A stretch of DNA of 64,000 nucleotides from Lingula anatina (Eukaryota > Animalia > Brachiopoda). A program made the translations under genes and the position numbers. The stretch is taken from contig CM120645.1 in NCBI GenBank assembly GCA_051362555.1, positions 3,410,001 to 3,474,000 of the forward strand, read 5' to 3'. Shown piece after piece: positions 38,901-50,900 of the stretch (within the stretch, counting starts at the first letter, position 1; each line of letters begins with the position of its first letter). The notes beneath the pieces were generated by a model. It was not told the origin of the DNA, ran no database searches, and saw only the letters and a program-made list of their open reading frames with translations.

Positions 38901-41900
38901 CAAATTCAACATCAAATTTTAATTATGCTCAACAGGTAATACCAATTGAAGTAAAAGGTGTAACAAGCATAAGGCTTCAGGCCCATGGCAGTTCAAGTTC
39001 ACACTTTGAAAATGTATAACTTCCAGAAAAAGAAGCCAATTAGACTGCTTTTCCAACTCAGGCTGCATTTTAGTCCTGTATTTCTTTTCTGAACGTTTGG
39101 CAATCATCAGTAACATGGTTTTCCCATAATGGTCATCATGGCAGCAGCACCCAAAATTGTGTTTTCTTCTATTCTGATGCAATATTACATAGTGGTTAAC
39201 AGCATAATGACCGTCAATTTTTAATAATAAAATATACGTATCATGGATTTTCAGAAAATGTGACTAGCATGGGTCTTCAAGCCCATGGAACTTCAAAGTC
39301 ACACCTTGAAAATGCCAATATGTGAAAAATTAAATTTTCACAAAAAACTGTTTAATTGCCAGAAAGAATTACCAAACAGACTGCATTGCCTACTGAAGCT
39401 GTATTTTAGTCCCATGTTTCTTTCCTGTAAGTTTGAGAACAGTAAGTGACATGATTTTTCTTAAATGGTAATCATGGGAGCAAAGCCCAAAATATTTTTT
39501 TCCAAATTTTGATGCAATATTACATAACGTTTAACAGCATAATGACCATCAATTTTTAATAATAAAATATTAGTATTATGGATATTCAGAAAATGTGACT
39601 AGCAAATGTCTTCAGGCCCATGGAACTTCAAAGTCACAACTTGAAAATGCCAAAATGTTAACAAGACAGCACTGTTCTGAAATGTTTTTTTATCCATTTT
39701 TAACACTTTTTTAACATAAAACAAAATTAACACTTTACTGCCATTTTTATATGATCAACTGAGAAAATTGATGAGATGTGAAAAATATCAATAAAACGGT
39801 GTCAAATGTCCAATTTCCTCCATTCTGAGTTTCTGAACATAGTGAATGATTGAATCTTACAAACTGTAATGATATGAGTTTATTTCCATTTTTGAAACTT
39901 TATTACACAATACACGATAACAAGTTTACCATCATTTTTACAAAATCAACTAACAATGTTGTAAAGATGCAGGAAATGTCAAACAAACACTTTTACGTAT
40001 CTTATTAATTAAATAATGAAACTGTTAACATGCCTAAAAATTGAATCTGAGGAAATGTGAAACAAGACGGCACTATTCTGAAATGGGTTTATTTCCATTT
40101 TTAAGACTTTTTTTAACATAAAACAAAATTAACAGTTTACTGCCATTTTTATATGATCAAGTAAGAAAATTGATGAGATGTGAAAAATATCAATAGAACA
40201 GTGTCAAATGTCCAATTTCCTCCATTCTGAGTTTCTGAACATAGTGAATGATTGAATCTTACAAACTGCAATGATATGAGTTTATTTCCATTTTTGACAC
40301 CTTATTACACAATACACGATTACAAGTTTACCATCATTTTTACATAATCAACTAACAATGTTGTAAAGATGCAGGAAATGTCAAACACTTTTACGTATCT
40401 TATTAATTAAATAATGAGACTGTTAACATGCCTAAGAATTGAATCTGAGGAAATGTGAAAAAACAGCATAACTTATAAAATAATGGTCCGATTATGCTGA
40501 TTTTCGAACTTGACCTGCGTTTTAGTAAGATTGATTACTCCTGTGAGTTTCATGACAACAGGCCTATGGGTTTTCCTTGAAATGTGTTAACAGTGTTGCA
40601 TATATGCTGAAAAGTGAAAAAACAGCATAACTACTAAAATAGTGGCCCGATCATGCCGATTTTCAAACTTGATCTGCGTTTTAGTAAGATTGATTACTCC
40701 TGTGAGTTTCATGACAACAGGCCTATCAGTTTTCCTTGAAATGTGTTAACAGTGTTGCATATATGCTGAAAAGTGAAAAAACAGCATAAATTCTACAATA
40801 ATGGCCCGATCATGCTGATTTTCGAACTTGACCTGTGTTTTATGAATATTCATCAGCTCTGTAAATATAAAGCCAAAAAGTAAAACTGTCTTCCACTTAT
40901 GGTGTTAACGCTGAAAGTGCACGGCGACGGCGACATGATCGGCGACGACAGACGCAGGTGATGGCAATATGTACAGACACATCTGTGTCTGTACATAAAA
41001 ATGTTTTTCTCTATTAATTGTCCTTCTGCTTACAATCCAGAATAAATAAGAATAAATTAGAACAACTGTCTATCTATCTACACCGGACATAGTAAGATGC
41101 TTATTTTCCTGCTCATTGAACAATTCCAGATGATTTGCGATGTTCTTGTGTCTCTGTGTCATCTTCATATTTTGATTCTTGTCTTTCAGCTGGACTACAC
41201 ATTTGGCAAGGTTTTATTGCTGCAGGAGCCACTGCTGGTAGTGCTGGCATTCTGGTTGTTGTTCACAGTTGTCATCATATATGTGCGCCTGGACTTCTCC
41301 ATTACCAAGGTCAGTTATAGTCCTGGATTCTTTAAGAGGCGACGGGGGTTACTTTACAATACAATTACCAACAGTTATCTTCTTTATATTAATATTTTTG
41401 AATCGCTACCTTAGGTTTAAAGCTATATTAATATGATGGTTTAGATATGAAATCATTTTTACAGCACAAATAGCGGTTTGGCACCTCTTAAAAATTAAAA
41501 CAAAAAAAAAAAAGAAATAGAATAGTCTATTCTTTGAAATTAATCTCATTTTTTTCCCTCTCAGGATGAGGCCAGTGAAAGCCGTATGCGCGTGGCCGGG
41601 CTCGTTGAAGAAGTTCAGAACGTGCATGACAAGCGTAGTGCCTTATACCAGAGCTATGATGATGCTGTCGACAAGTACAAAGCCAACAAAGACACTGCTG
41701 CTTTCACCGCACAGCGCAAAAAGATAGACGCTGACTACAAGGCATTGACTGAACAGTTTAAGGCTCTGCAGGCCAAGCTTAAACAAGAGGGCACAGATGT
41801 TGCAGAGAAGGTAATTGGGCTTTTTTTTTTTTTTTTTTTTTTTTTTTGTCAATGAATTTCCCCTAGGGACATACCCTAGCTTAATATGTGTTCTAGCCAA

Positions 41901-42257
41901 ATAACTTTCTGGTAGTTGAGTTTTGAGTCAAATTGTTGCAATGCATTGGTTGAAAAGAAAATTTTATTTATTTTTAGTGTGTGTGTTTGAAAGCAAGAGG
42001 GGAATTTGTTCTACTATGTTTTAGATGTAGAATTTACATTATATAAAATCTCATTCACCATGTTTGTCTTTTAGGTTGCGGAGCTTCAGCGTTTGGACAC
42101 CCAGTTCCGTGAACAGGTCAACATTGCAATCTCCTACGCTGAGAAGTTAATTGCTGGCAAGATCCCCAAGGCTCAGTACTTGGAAGCGGAAACCAGCACC
42201 AAATCCAAGAAAGAAGACATTTTAGGAAAGATGGAAAACATCGTCACCAGTCTGTAG
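32977..42257 (+). CDS. RPN1: Ribophorin I (dolichyl-diphosphooligosaccharide-protein glycosyltransferase subunit 1), complete, 10 exons, 604 aa
   Basis: Exons: 32977-33228, 33461-33528, 34172-34478, 34758-34964, 35174-35366, 35654-35753, 38337-38475, 41190-41309, 41565-41810 and 42075-42257, all GT-AG and in phase. There is a signal peptide, the motifs [50 protein letters not shown] and [13 protein letters not shown], and the TM segment [37 protein letters not shown] lies at 42694. Confidence 0.98.
35857..38060. mobile_element. Non-autonomous hAT-like DNA transposon (2.2 kb) in RPN1 intron 6, with 15-bp TIR and apparent 6-bp TSD
   Basis: Perfect TIR: cagacatgctgaaaa (35857) and ttttcagcatgtctg (ending 38060). 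The flanking direct repeat agttta is at 35851-35856 and 38061-38066. GGCC-rich subterminal motifs occur at both ends. No transposase ORF. Confidence 0.85.
38502..38676. mobile_element. hAT-like MITE, 175 bp, in RPN1 intron 7
   Basis: 16-bp TIR cagggcttgatattaa / ttagtgtcaagccctg (2 mismatches). The flanks caaat / caagt may be a degraded 5-bp TSD. Confidence 0.8.
38796..41001 (-). mobile_element. Helentron-associated non-autonomous element (HINE/DINE-1-like), copy 1, in RPN1 intron 7
   Basis: One end is aacaag + ggcagcaaagctgtc (short palindrome) + atgtacagaca (subTIR). The other end is a (gacggc)n microsatellite followed by the hairpin tatgtacagacac-atct-gtgtctgtacata (40968-40997) and an A-run. 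Internal repeats of about 300-335, 400 and 159 bp. No TSD. Confidence 0.85.
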
Positions 42258-43991
42258 CTTGCTTAGGCCGTCCTTAAAAGATGTGGATTTATATTGGAAA
42301 TTGTATGACAGTACTTTTTAAAGTCACTCAGTAAAGCTTTGTTAGTTGTTGGTCAGCACTCCATACCAAATGGTCAGGCCGTAGTCTTGACACAGGACAG
42401 TAAATGACCAGGATCCAGATTTTATTGACCACTCCCACCATCCCTTCATTGAAAGGAAGATGGGGGTGGAGAATAAACGGATCCAAGTTTTGTCTCCAAG
42501 ATTGCTAAGCAGGATGGATTGAAAAAGAAGCGTCGTATGGCAGCATTCCATCGTCAAAGACTTATTTTAAAAATGAATCATGAATTAAGATTGATTCTGG
42601 ACATTCCTTGTTGGAGGATAATCTTTTGAAAGTTAGAAGTGCAAATTATTTGCCACATATGCAGTGCATGCCAATGGAAAGATAAGGATTTTCAATAAAA
42701 ATATTTAATTAAAAACCGATTTGTTACTCTTGTCAAAAGTTTTTCTTTCCAAAATTTGACTTTGCCAGGAATTTGAGTTAAAATCCACCTCTTGATGCAG
42801 ATATGTTTTCTAAAGTTATTAATACTTGTAGAAGGATGAATTGGGAGACTACTATAAGGTTAACAAAGGTAGGTATGCTTAGCATCTTAAGCTGATATAA
42901 CTGCATGCTTCTATAGTTATTACATTTTTGTAAATGAGAACAAGAAAGATTGTGACATTTTTACCCATGACAATATGACGCCCCATACCAACCCCCCACT
43001 CAAAAAAAAAAAAAAAAAAATGCACAAGTTTTTATTGATGGTAAGATTCCCAGTATATAAAGCAATGTTTAGCTTCAAAGTTTTGTAATATGAAGTTACA
43101 GGGTGACTATTGTGGCAGAGGTTTTCCAGACAGCTTCCATCACAATTGCTAGTTAATAGAGGGTAAAATTAGTTGTGATTACTTGTCTTACGCGGATTTG
43201 TAAAATCACTGCAAAAATGGATGTCATACTTCAGCCAAGTTAAAACTATTAAACAACGAATGGAAATTTAGTTTTATGTTTATTTTCTTTTTCTTTTTTT
43301 GCAAAAAACTAAATACAGGAAAGTACAGGACTAATCTATCCATTTTTCTTTGATTTCTTTTAACTCTTGATTCTTAATTTTAAACACTAAAAAATTTAAA
43401 TAAAAAGGGGATGGCTTCGAAGAAACTAACTGTATATGCCTATGGTTTTTTAAGATAAAACAAAAATGGGTTGAAGTCAAAATTATCGATTTCACAGATT
43501 TAAGTATCAAACAGCAATATGTCACAAAAATAAATAATAAAATAACTAAATTGGAATAACATTACCCTTTTACAATTTTGACAGCTAAAAAAGGAAATCT
43601 CAAACCAAAATGCTCTTCCACCAAATATCAATGTCTATAATAACAGCACCATCTGCTTTTCAAAAATCTAACAAAAAATGTATGCACAATGCACCTTTCC
43701 TATTAGTGAGTGCATTTCCTTTTACAGTACCCACCATTGCTTCCAAGTTTTTGTCACATATTAATTTTTAAAGAAGACTCCTTGCATAACAAAATCTACA
43801 GACATCTAAGAAGGCTATGATACCACCATACCAGTAGGAAGTCTGGTTACAACTTACACTAGCTGTCCACTGTATGTTACATACAAGAGCTAACGTCTCA
43901 GCTGCACCTTGATACAGTTTAACTCGATATATTAACGTGGCATACAGTGGATACAGTGGATAATGAGTGGTCGTATGAGTGAGTGTATCAT

Positions 43992-44140
43992 GACTTATTC
44001 CATGCCTGGTACATTAAGACGGTTGCACTTGTATTTTGCTCGGAAGGCACTGAAGGGCATATTAAACCACAGGTGAGCATGTAAGCAAAATACAAGTGCA
44101 ATCATCCTATTGTTATAGTGCCAGCCATGGTATAAAAGTC
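43992..44140. repeat. Palindromic (foldback) element, about 150 bp
   Basis: Perfect 18-bp inverted repeat ttgcacttgtattttgct (44023-44040) / agcaaaatacaagtgcaa (44084-44101), extending imperfectly to gacttattccatg..catggtataaaagtc. Confidence 0.75.
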
Positions 44141-44240
44141 TGAGACTAACTGTCCGTCAGCAAGTGTTGTAGGAGTCATGCAAAAAAGCTGCACCAGTTG
44201 GTTACATGCCTCTACCTTCAGGCCATGTGTGTTATGATAG

Positions 44241-44400
44241 CAGGGGCGGATCCAGAGCTATTCTCTGTCAGGCTTCCTTTTTTGATCCACTATCTAATTT
44301 TGACCATCTTCTGACAGAAATAATTAGATACCTGTCAATGTAAACTTGAAAATATGACCGTCTTCTGGAAGAGGCAGAAGACGGCCTCAATCTGCCCCTG
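44241..44400. mobile_element. PIF/Harbinger-like MITE, 160 bp
   Basis: Termini caggggcggatccag / ctcaatctgcccctg, the same family motif as 6377-6584. Confidence 0.65.
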
Positions 44401-44901
44401 GGAAGTGCTGTATTTGAAACTTATCAATGGTGTTGAGTGAACTGTATAGGCAGCCAAGCAAAATCATATTCACACAAACAATGAAATTAAGTTTAACTGT
44501 ATCCTGTGGTGTTCAAATGATTATCAAAAGTGATATTTATCTAACCCAACAGTATATAGCTAGAAAGATAGTAATAATACAACCAAGACGTTAAATATAA
44601 TAACTAATTCAACAACTATAAAACTATATAGTCTAAGAACATCAAAATATAAACTTTTTTAAATATCACAATAAAAAAATGAAACAATATTTATTTAATT
44701 CCTTCTGTTTCTTTTAACTTTGTTTCTTTGGACTTTCAAAGATGATTACCATCTGTTCTCTAATAAAATAAGCTTGATTTGTCCCCAACATTTACATTAA
44801 CAGATGCAAAATAACTGGCATGAACTGGAAGAAAACAAAAACATTAACAAAGAATGTTAAAATACAAATGTAAACAAAGAATCTTAGTAAGTTTATCAAA
44901 T

Positions 44902-47900
44902 CTATTTTCCAAGATCTATTTTCACCCGTGGTCCTCTCTTGACCATAGTGTTGGTTTTGGCTCGTGGATGGCTGGAGTTTTTATACCGTCTGGGCTTGAT
45001 CTTCGCTGCCATTTCCTTCTTTGACCTTTTGCTTGTCAGCACAGAATCAAAACTGGCACCCCTGGTTAGTTCTTTCCTTTGCCTCTGAGTGTTTTTCTGG
45101 AGTGCAAGCTTATCTTTTGAGTCTGCTGTTGTAAAGGAATTCTTACAATTGGGCCTTTTAGGAGATGTGATTACACTGAAATCATCACATCTGGCTTGTT
45201 GTGCTGCTTCTCGCCATCTCAAACAGTATGGATTTTCTGCTGTTGTCCAGGGCTTGTGTTTTTTGGCTTTTAAGGCACTGGACTTTTCACTTTTTCTCTT
45301 GTTTTTGATAGTACCAATAACAGCACAAGTCGAGTTCTGTGGTTTTGCTTTTTCTAAGTTCTGGCTGTTCAGTTCTTTGTGTAAAAGGTACTGGTCCACT
45401 GCTGCAGTGCTCACTGTTTCCTTACATCTCTTTGTGGTCTGGTTTGAATCTGGATAATCAAAAGCAAGCTGGCATGGTGATGGGATTTCTTTCTGACAAT
45501 GACAAACCTTTTTGTTGGGGGACCTACTTCTCCTGACAGCTGTAGAGGTGGGTTTTTTGCACCTCTTCAAGTTCTGAATTGATTCAAAATCACTGTCACA
45601 TCCAGAAGAGCCCAATCCTGCTGATCCTTCCCTGCTGCGCAATTGTCTCTTGTACTCAAAATTCACAGCGGTCTCATTATTGTCCCTCCTGAAGTCAGTT
45701 CCTTTGACCTTGCTCCTCAATTTTCTCTTAGAAGTAGAAGGGTTTTTGCACTCTCCAGGAGGTACAAAAGACAATGAGGTGAGATCAAAAGAACCATCTC
45801 CTGGAAGTCCGTCCTTTTTTGCTTTTTGATCATTTTTCTCAGGAAGCAACTCACTCTTGATGTCAGTAGAAAATTCCTTTTGTGCTGGTATTGGAGTAAT
45901 TTCTCTTGATCGAAGGGTTCTTTTGTCTGCATGGACAGTTTCTTTCTGCTCGGTTTTCACACTGTGTGAACTTGGTTCACAATCATGCACCTGATATAGC
46001 TGTGGCTCTCTACTTTGGTTTCTAGCACTAACTGCTAGCAGATCAATTTGGTCACCATGATAAGTGGAGTCTTTGAACTTGAAATGTCTGCTTTCTTCAC
46101 GTCTGGGCTTACCTAGGTCAAGGTTACCAGCATTGGAACACCTTTGTCTTGATCTGGTCACCTGAATGGTTGTATTATACTTACTGTTATCTTTTCTACT
46201 AAAACCAGTGTATGCTTCAGAAGGACATGCTCCTTTCATTAGGCCTTGTTCAGATGTTCTGGTTTGTCTCCTTCTGGCTCTGGTGAAGTGCTTCATTCCA
46301 AACCCTTCACAACCACTTTTATCATCTGCCCCATCAGTGGTTTCTTGGTTCAGCTTTTTATGAACATTGGGTGGATTTTGGTTTGACATAATCTTGGGCA
46401 ATCTTTTTGTCTCTTTCACATCTGTTTGATTCAGTTGGTCCTTTATTTGTGGGACATGTCTCTTATTATCCTCTAGAGACTCAATGTTTTGTCCAGTGGG
46501 CCTGCTTTCAGACTGTGCTGGTTCACCTTTACCATTCTTAACAGTATGCTTGATCTTTTTTAGCCTGTTTTGAATTTTTTGGTCCACTTTCCATACAATT
46601 TGTTCATCCTTTTCTGACTTTTCCTCCCACTGTTTCTTTGAATTCACTTTTTGGGTATTTACACTTGAGCATCTGTTTGGTCTTTTGATCTCTTTTTCCG
46701 TGCTTTTGAAAATTACTGATCTACTTCTCAGCTTTTTTGTGAATTCCAGCTTGATTGTATGATGTAATCCCACCCTAGAGTCCTTGTGTTCTTTACCGCC
46801 TGATGCACTCACACCATGCTTTGAAACCTCTGTGCTTGTATTCAAAGCCTCATGAATGGCAGGTCTGTTATTCTTTTCTTTATCAAGCCTAAAGGTTCCT
46901 TCACTATCCATGTCATCATTTCTATGCTCCAAGGGAGGAATATCACACAAGTCTTTGGTTCTAATGCTTGCTTCTTTAATACTTTCACTAAAAGGAAAAT
47001 GGTTGTCACTCTCAGGTGTGCAGCTGTCACCTCCACCAATAGTGGACACACTGATGTCCCCACTACTGTCACCATGAGTCAAGGTACTACTAGACACAAT
47101 GACATCACCACTGGGCAAAATGTCACCTTCTGGTATGCTGATGTCACCACCACTAACAGTGGACATTTTGGTGTCTCCCATGTCAACAATAAGCAAGGTG
47201 TCATTACTACTAGGCATACTGCTATCACCACTATGCAAAATGTTGTCACTTTTAGATATGCTCCTATCACTGCTGGCCACATCGTTGTCGCTGTCAGCCA
47301 TGTTGCTGGCACCAATGAGCACACCACTGTCATATGTGGGGATTGGGTTGTTATCACCAATGCTGGGGACATTGCTGTCAGCACCACTATCAGCAGCCAT
47401 ATTGTTGTCACCACTGGCATATTTGGGAATTGGGTTGTCATCACCAATTCTGGGGATATTGCTGTCACCATCATTAACAGCAACCATATTGCTGTCACCA
47501 CTGTCAAATTTGGAGATTGGGTTGTCATCACCAATGCTGGGGATACTGATGTCACCACCACTGAGAGCAGCAATATTGCTGTCACCACTGTCAAATTTGG
47601 AGACTGGGTTGTCATCAACAATGCTGGGGATATTGCTGTCACCACCACTAACAGCAGCCATACTGCTGACACCACTGTCAAATTTGGAGATTAGGTTGTC
47701 ATCACCAATGCTGGGGATATTGCTGTCACCACCACTAACAGCAGCCATACTGCTGTCACCACTGTCAAATTTGGGGACTGGATTGTCATCACCAATGCTG
47801 GGGACATTGCTTTCAACATCACTATAAATGGGCACATTATTGTCACCATATGACAGGCGTCTATCACCACTAGGCACAAAGTTGTCACCTTTGAGCATAC

Positions 47901-50900
47901 CATTGTCAAGAACTGGTGCTCTGTCACCACCAGAAGCAATGCTCTTATTACTAGTCTCACTTGCCATGTTGTTTTCAACAGTGAGGACACTTGTATCATG
48001 ACTATGTATAGTAATGTCAGCATTTGGCACCGATTCATTTAGTACACTGAAGTCATCACTGTGCGCATTGCTTTCACTCCTGGATATATCACTGTCACCA
48101 CTGGGATCATAGATGTCATCATTAGATACTAGTATGCTATTGTCATCACTGGATGCACTGGTGTCACCACTGGGTATGTGGCTGTGACCAATGGGTTCAT
48201 AAATATCACTTCTTAATTTGCTGTTGTTACCATTGGGTGAGCTGACACCATAAGGCAAGTTGCTATCACCACTGGGGGCACAGATATCACCACTAGGTAT
48301 GCTGCCGTCACCAATAGGTATGTTGTTGTCACCACTTGGTTTGCTGCTGTCACCACTTGGTATGCTGCTATCACCACTTTGTATGTTGTTGTCACCAATG
48401 AAAGAACAAATATCAACACTAGGTATGCTGCTGTCACCACTTGGTATGTTGTTTTCACTAATTGGAGCACAAATATCACCACTAGGTATACTGCTATCAC
48501 CACTGGGTATGCTGCTGTCACCAATGGGAGCACAAGTATCACCACTTGGTATGATGCTGACACCACTAGGTATGTTGCCGTCACCAATGGGAGCACAAAT
48601 ATCACCACTTGGTATGCTGACATCACCACTTGGTATGCTGCTGTCACCAATGGGAGCATCAATATCACCACTTGGTATGCTGCTGTCACCACTGGGTATG
48701 CTGCTGTCACCAATAGGAGCACCAATATCACCGCTTGGTATGCTGCTGTCACCACTGGGTATGCTGCTGTCACCAATGGTAGCAAAAATATCACCACTTG
48801 GCATGCTGCTGTCACCACTGGGTATGGTGCTGTCACCAATGGGAGCACAAATATTACCACTTGGTATGCTGCTGTCACCACTGGGTATGCTGCTGTCACC
48901 ACTGGGTATGCTGCTGTCACCAATGGGAGCACCAATATCACCACTTGGTATACTGCTGTCACCACTGGGGGCACAGATATCACCACTTGGCATGCTACTG
49001 TCACCACTGGGAGCACAGATATTAGCACCTGATATGCTGCTGTCACCACTGGGAGCACAGGTATCAACACTTGGTATGCTGCTGTCACCACTTGGGGCAC
49101 AGATATCACCACTAGGTATGCTGCTGTCACCACTTGGGGCACAGATATCACCACTTGGTAAGCTGCTGTCACCACAAATTATGTTGTTGTCACCAATGGA
49201 CGAAGAAATATCAACACCACTAGGTATGCTGCTGTCAGCAAAGGGAGCACAAATATCACCACTAGGTTTGCTGCTGTCACCATTGGGTATGCTGCTGTCA
49301 CCAATGAAAGAACAAATATCAACACTAGGTATGCTGCTGTCACCACTTGGTATGCTGCTGTCACCACTAGGTATGTTGCTGTCACCAATGTAAGAACAAA
49401 TATCACCACTTGGTATGCTGCTGTCACCAGTTGGTATGTTGCTGTCACCAATGTAAGAACAAATATCACCACTAGGTATGCTGCTGTCACCACTAGGGAA
49501 GCTGCTGTCACCACTAGGTACATTGTTGTCACCTCTGGGGACACAGATATCCCCACTAGGTATGCTGCTGTCACCAATGGGAGCACAAATATCATCAAGT
49601 GGTATGCCTTTGTCAACAATGGTAGCACCATTACAGTCCTTCGATGTCCGTTTGTCATCTTTACATATAATGCTCCCACCAATGGATACAATGTTGGCAT
49701 CAGATTGTATGTTTTTTCCATCACAAGTTAAACTGCTTTTCAAGCTAAGTGCACTGCTGTCTCCAAACAGCTCAATCCCTTTATTATTAGGCACAGGACT
49801 CTCAGGTACTGCATCTATGGCATCACTAATACCTTCTTTGCCTTGTGAGTCTGGAACGAAATTCTTTGATTCATGTCTTTCTTGCAGCAAATACTGTTCA
49901 TTTTCTACTTTCTCTTCCAGAGGCATTTCTGGACTCTTAACAAAGTTCTCAACAATTCTTTCATCTTCCAAAAAATACTTTGGCTCTTCTTCTGAAGTGT
50001 CCTGGTGAGGTGTCCTTCTGAAGTGTTCTGCTGGAAAGTCATCAACACATTGAGGCAAATCCTTCTGCACTTTTGTCTCTAATTCATCAGTGACAAGAGT
50101 GGCAGGCTGACCAGATCCATTGTTAAGAGGAGCAGCAGACAGTGACACAGCTTCTGCAAACAATGGATTTAACTCACAATCCATATGCTTTCTTTCTGGC
50201 ACTTTCTCTTCCATCTGCTGTGGAAAATGTTGACTTGGTTCAGTGTATGAAGTCTGGCTCCCAAATTGATCACTAAGAACATCACCACATCTCTCAAATC
50301 TTCCACTGTAACATGGAGATATTCTTGGTCTTTGGTTGGCCATATGACTGTTCAATAAATAAGAAGCAAGTTCTTCATCTGCATCAGTCAATACTGGGAG
50401 CTCATTTGTAGAACTGTAGGGCTCTCTCGTACCATACTGTGTATGGCAAGATAATTCAGTGGGATAGCTGTTGTGAAGGGTGTTACTTTTCATTAGTAAT
50501 GCATCAGTTGGGTTGGAGCAGGATTGCCTTGGAATGCATTGTGTTAGTTGTGACAATGCACTTTGTGAGTCATTGTGCCGAGTGCCATCGTTCATCAGGA
50601 GTGCATTGGTAGAGCTGGAGTAAGATTGCCTTGGAATGCATTGTGTTAGTTGTGACACTGCACTGACTGGGTCATTGTGTTGAGTGAGATCATTCAGCAG
50701 TAGAGCATTGGTAGAGCTGGAGGAAGTTCGTCTTGGAATGGATTGTGTTAGTTGTGACAATTCAATGGGTGCGTCACTGCGCTGAGCATTATCTTTCATA
50801 GGTAATGTAACTATTGGACTAAAGGACACCTGTGCTGGAGGGCACTGTGTTACTTGTGAAAATGCGCTAGCTGTGACAATGTGTTGTGCATGGCACTGCA

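Noticed and set aside
46852-50008. Long alternative-frame and antisense ORFs (e.g. +48260..49393, 377 aa of LLSPLGM repeats; -48213..49175)
   Set aside because: They are the expected shadow of a 21-nt coding repeat that lacks stop codons in several frames. There is no independent start context or domain evidence.
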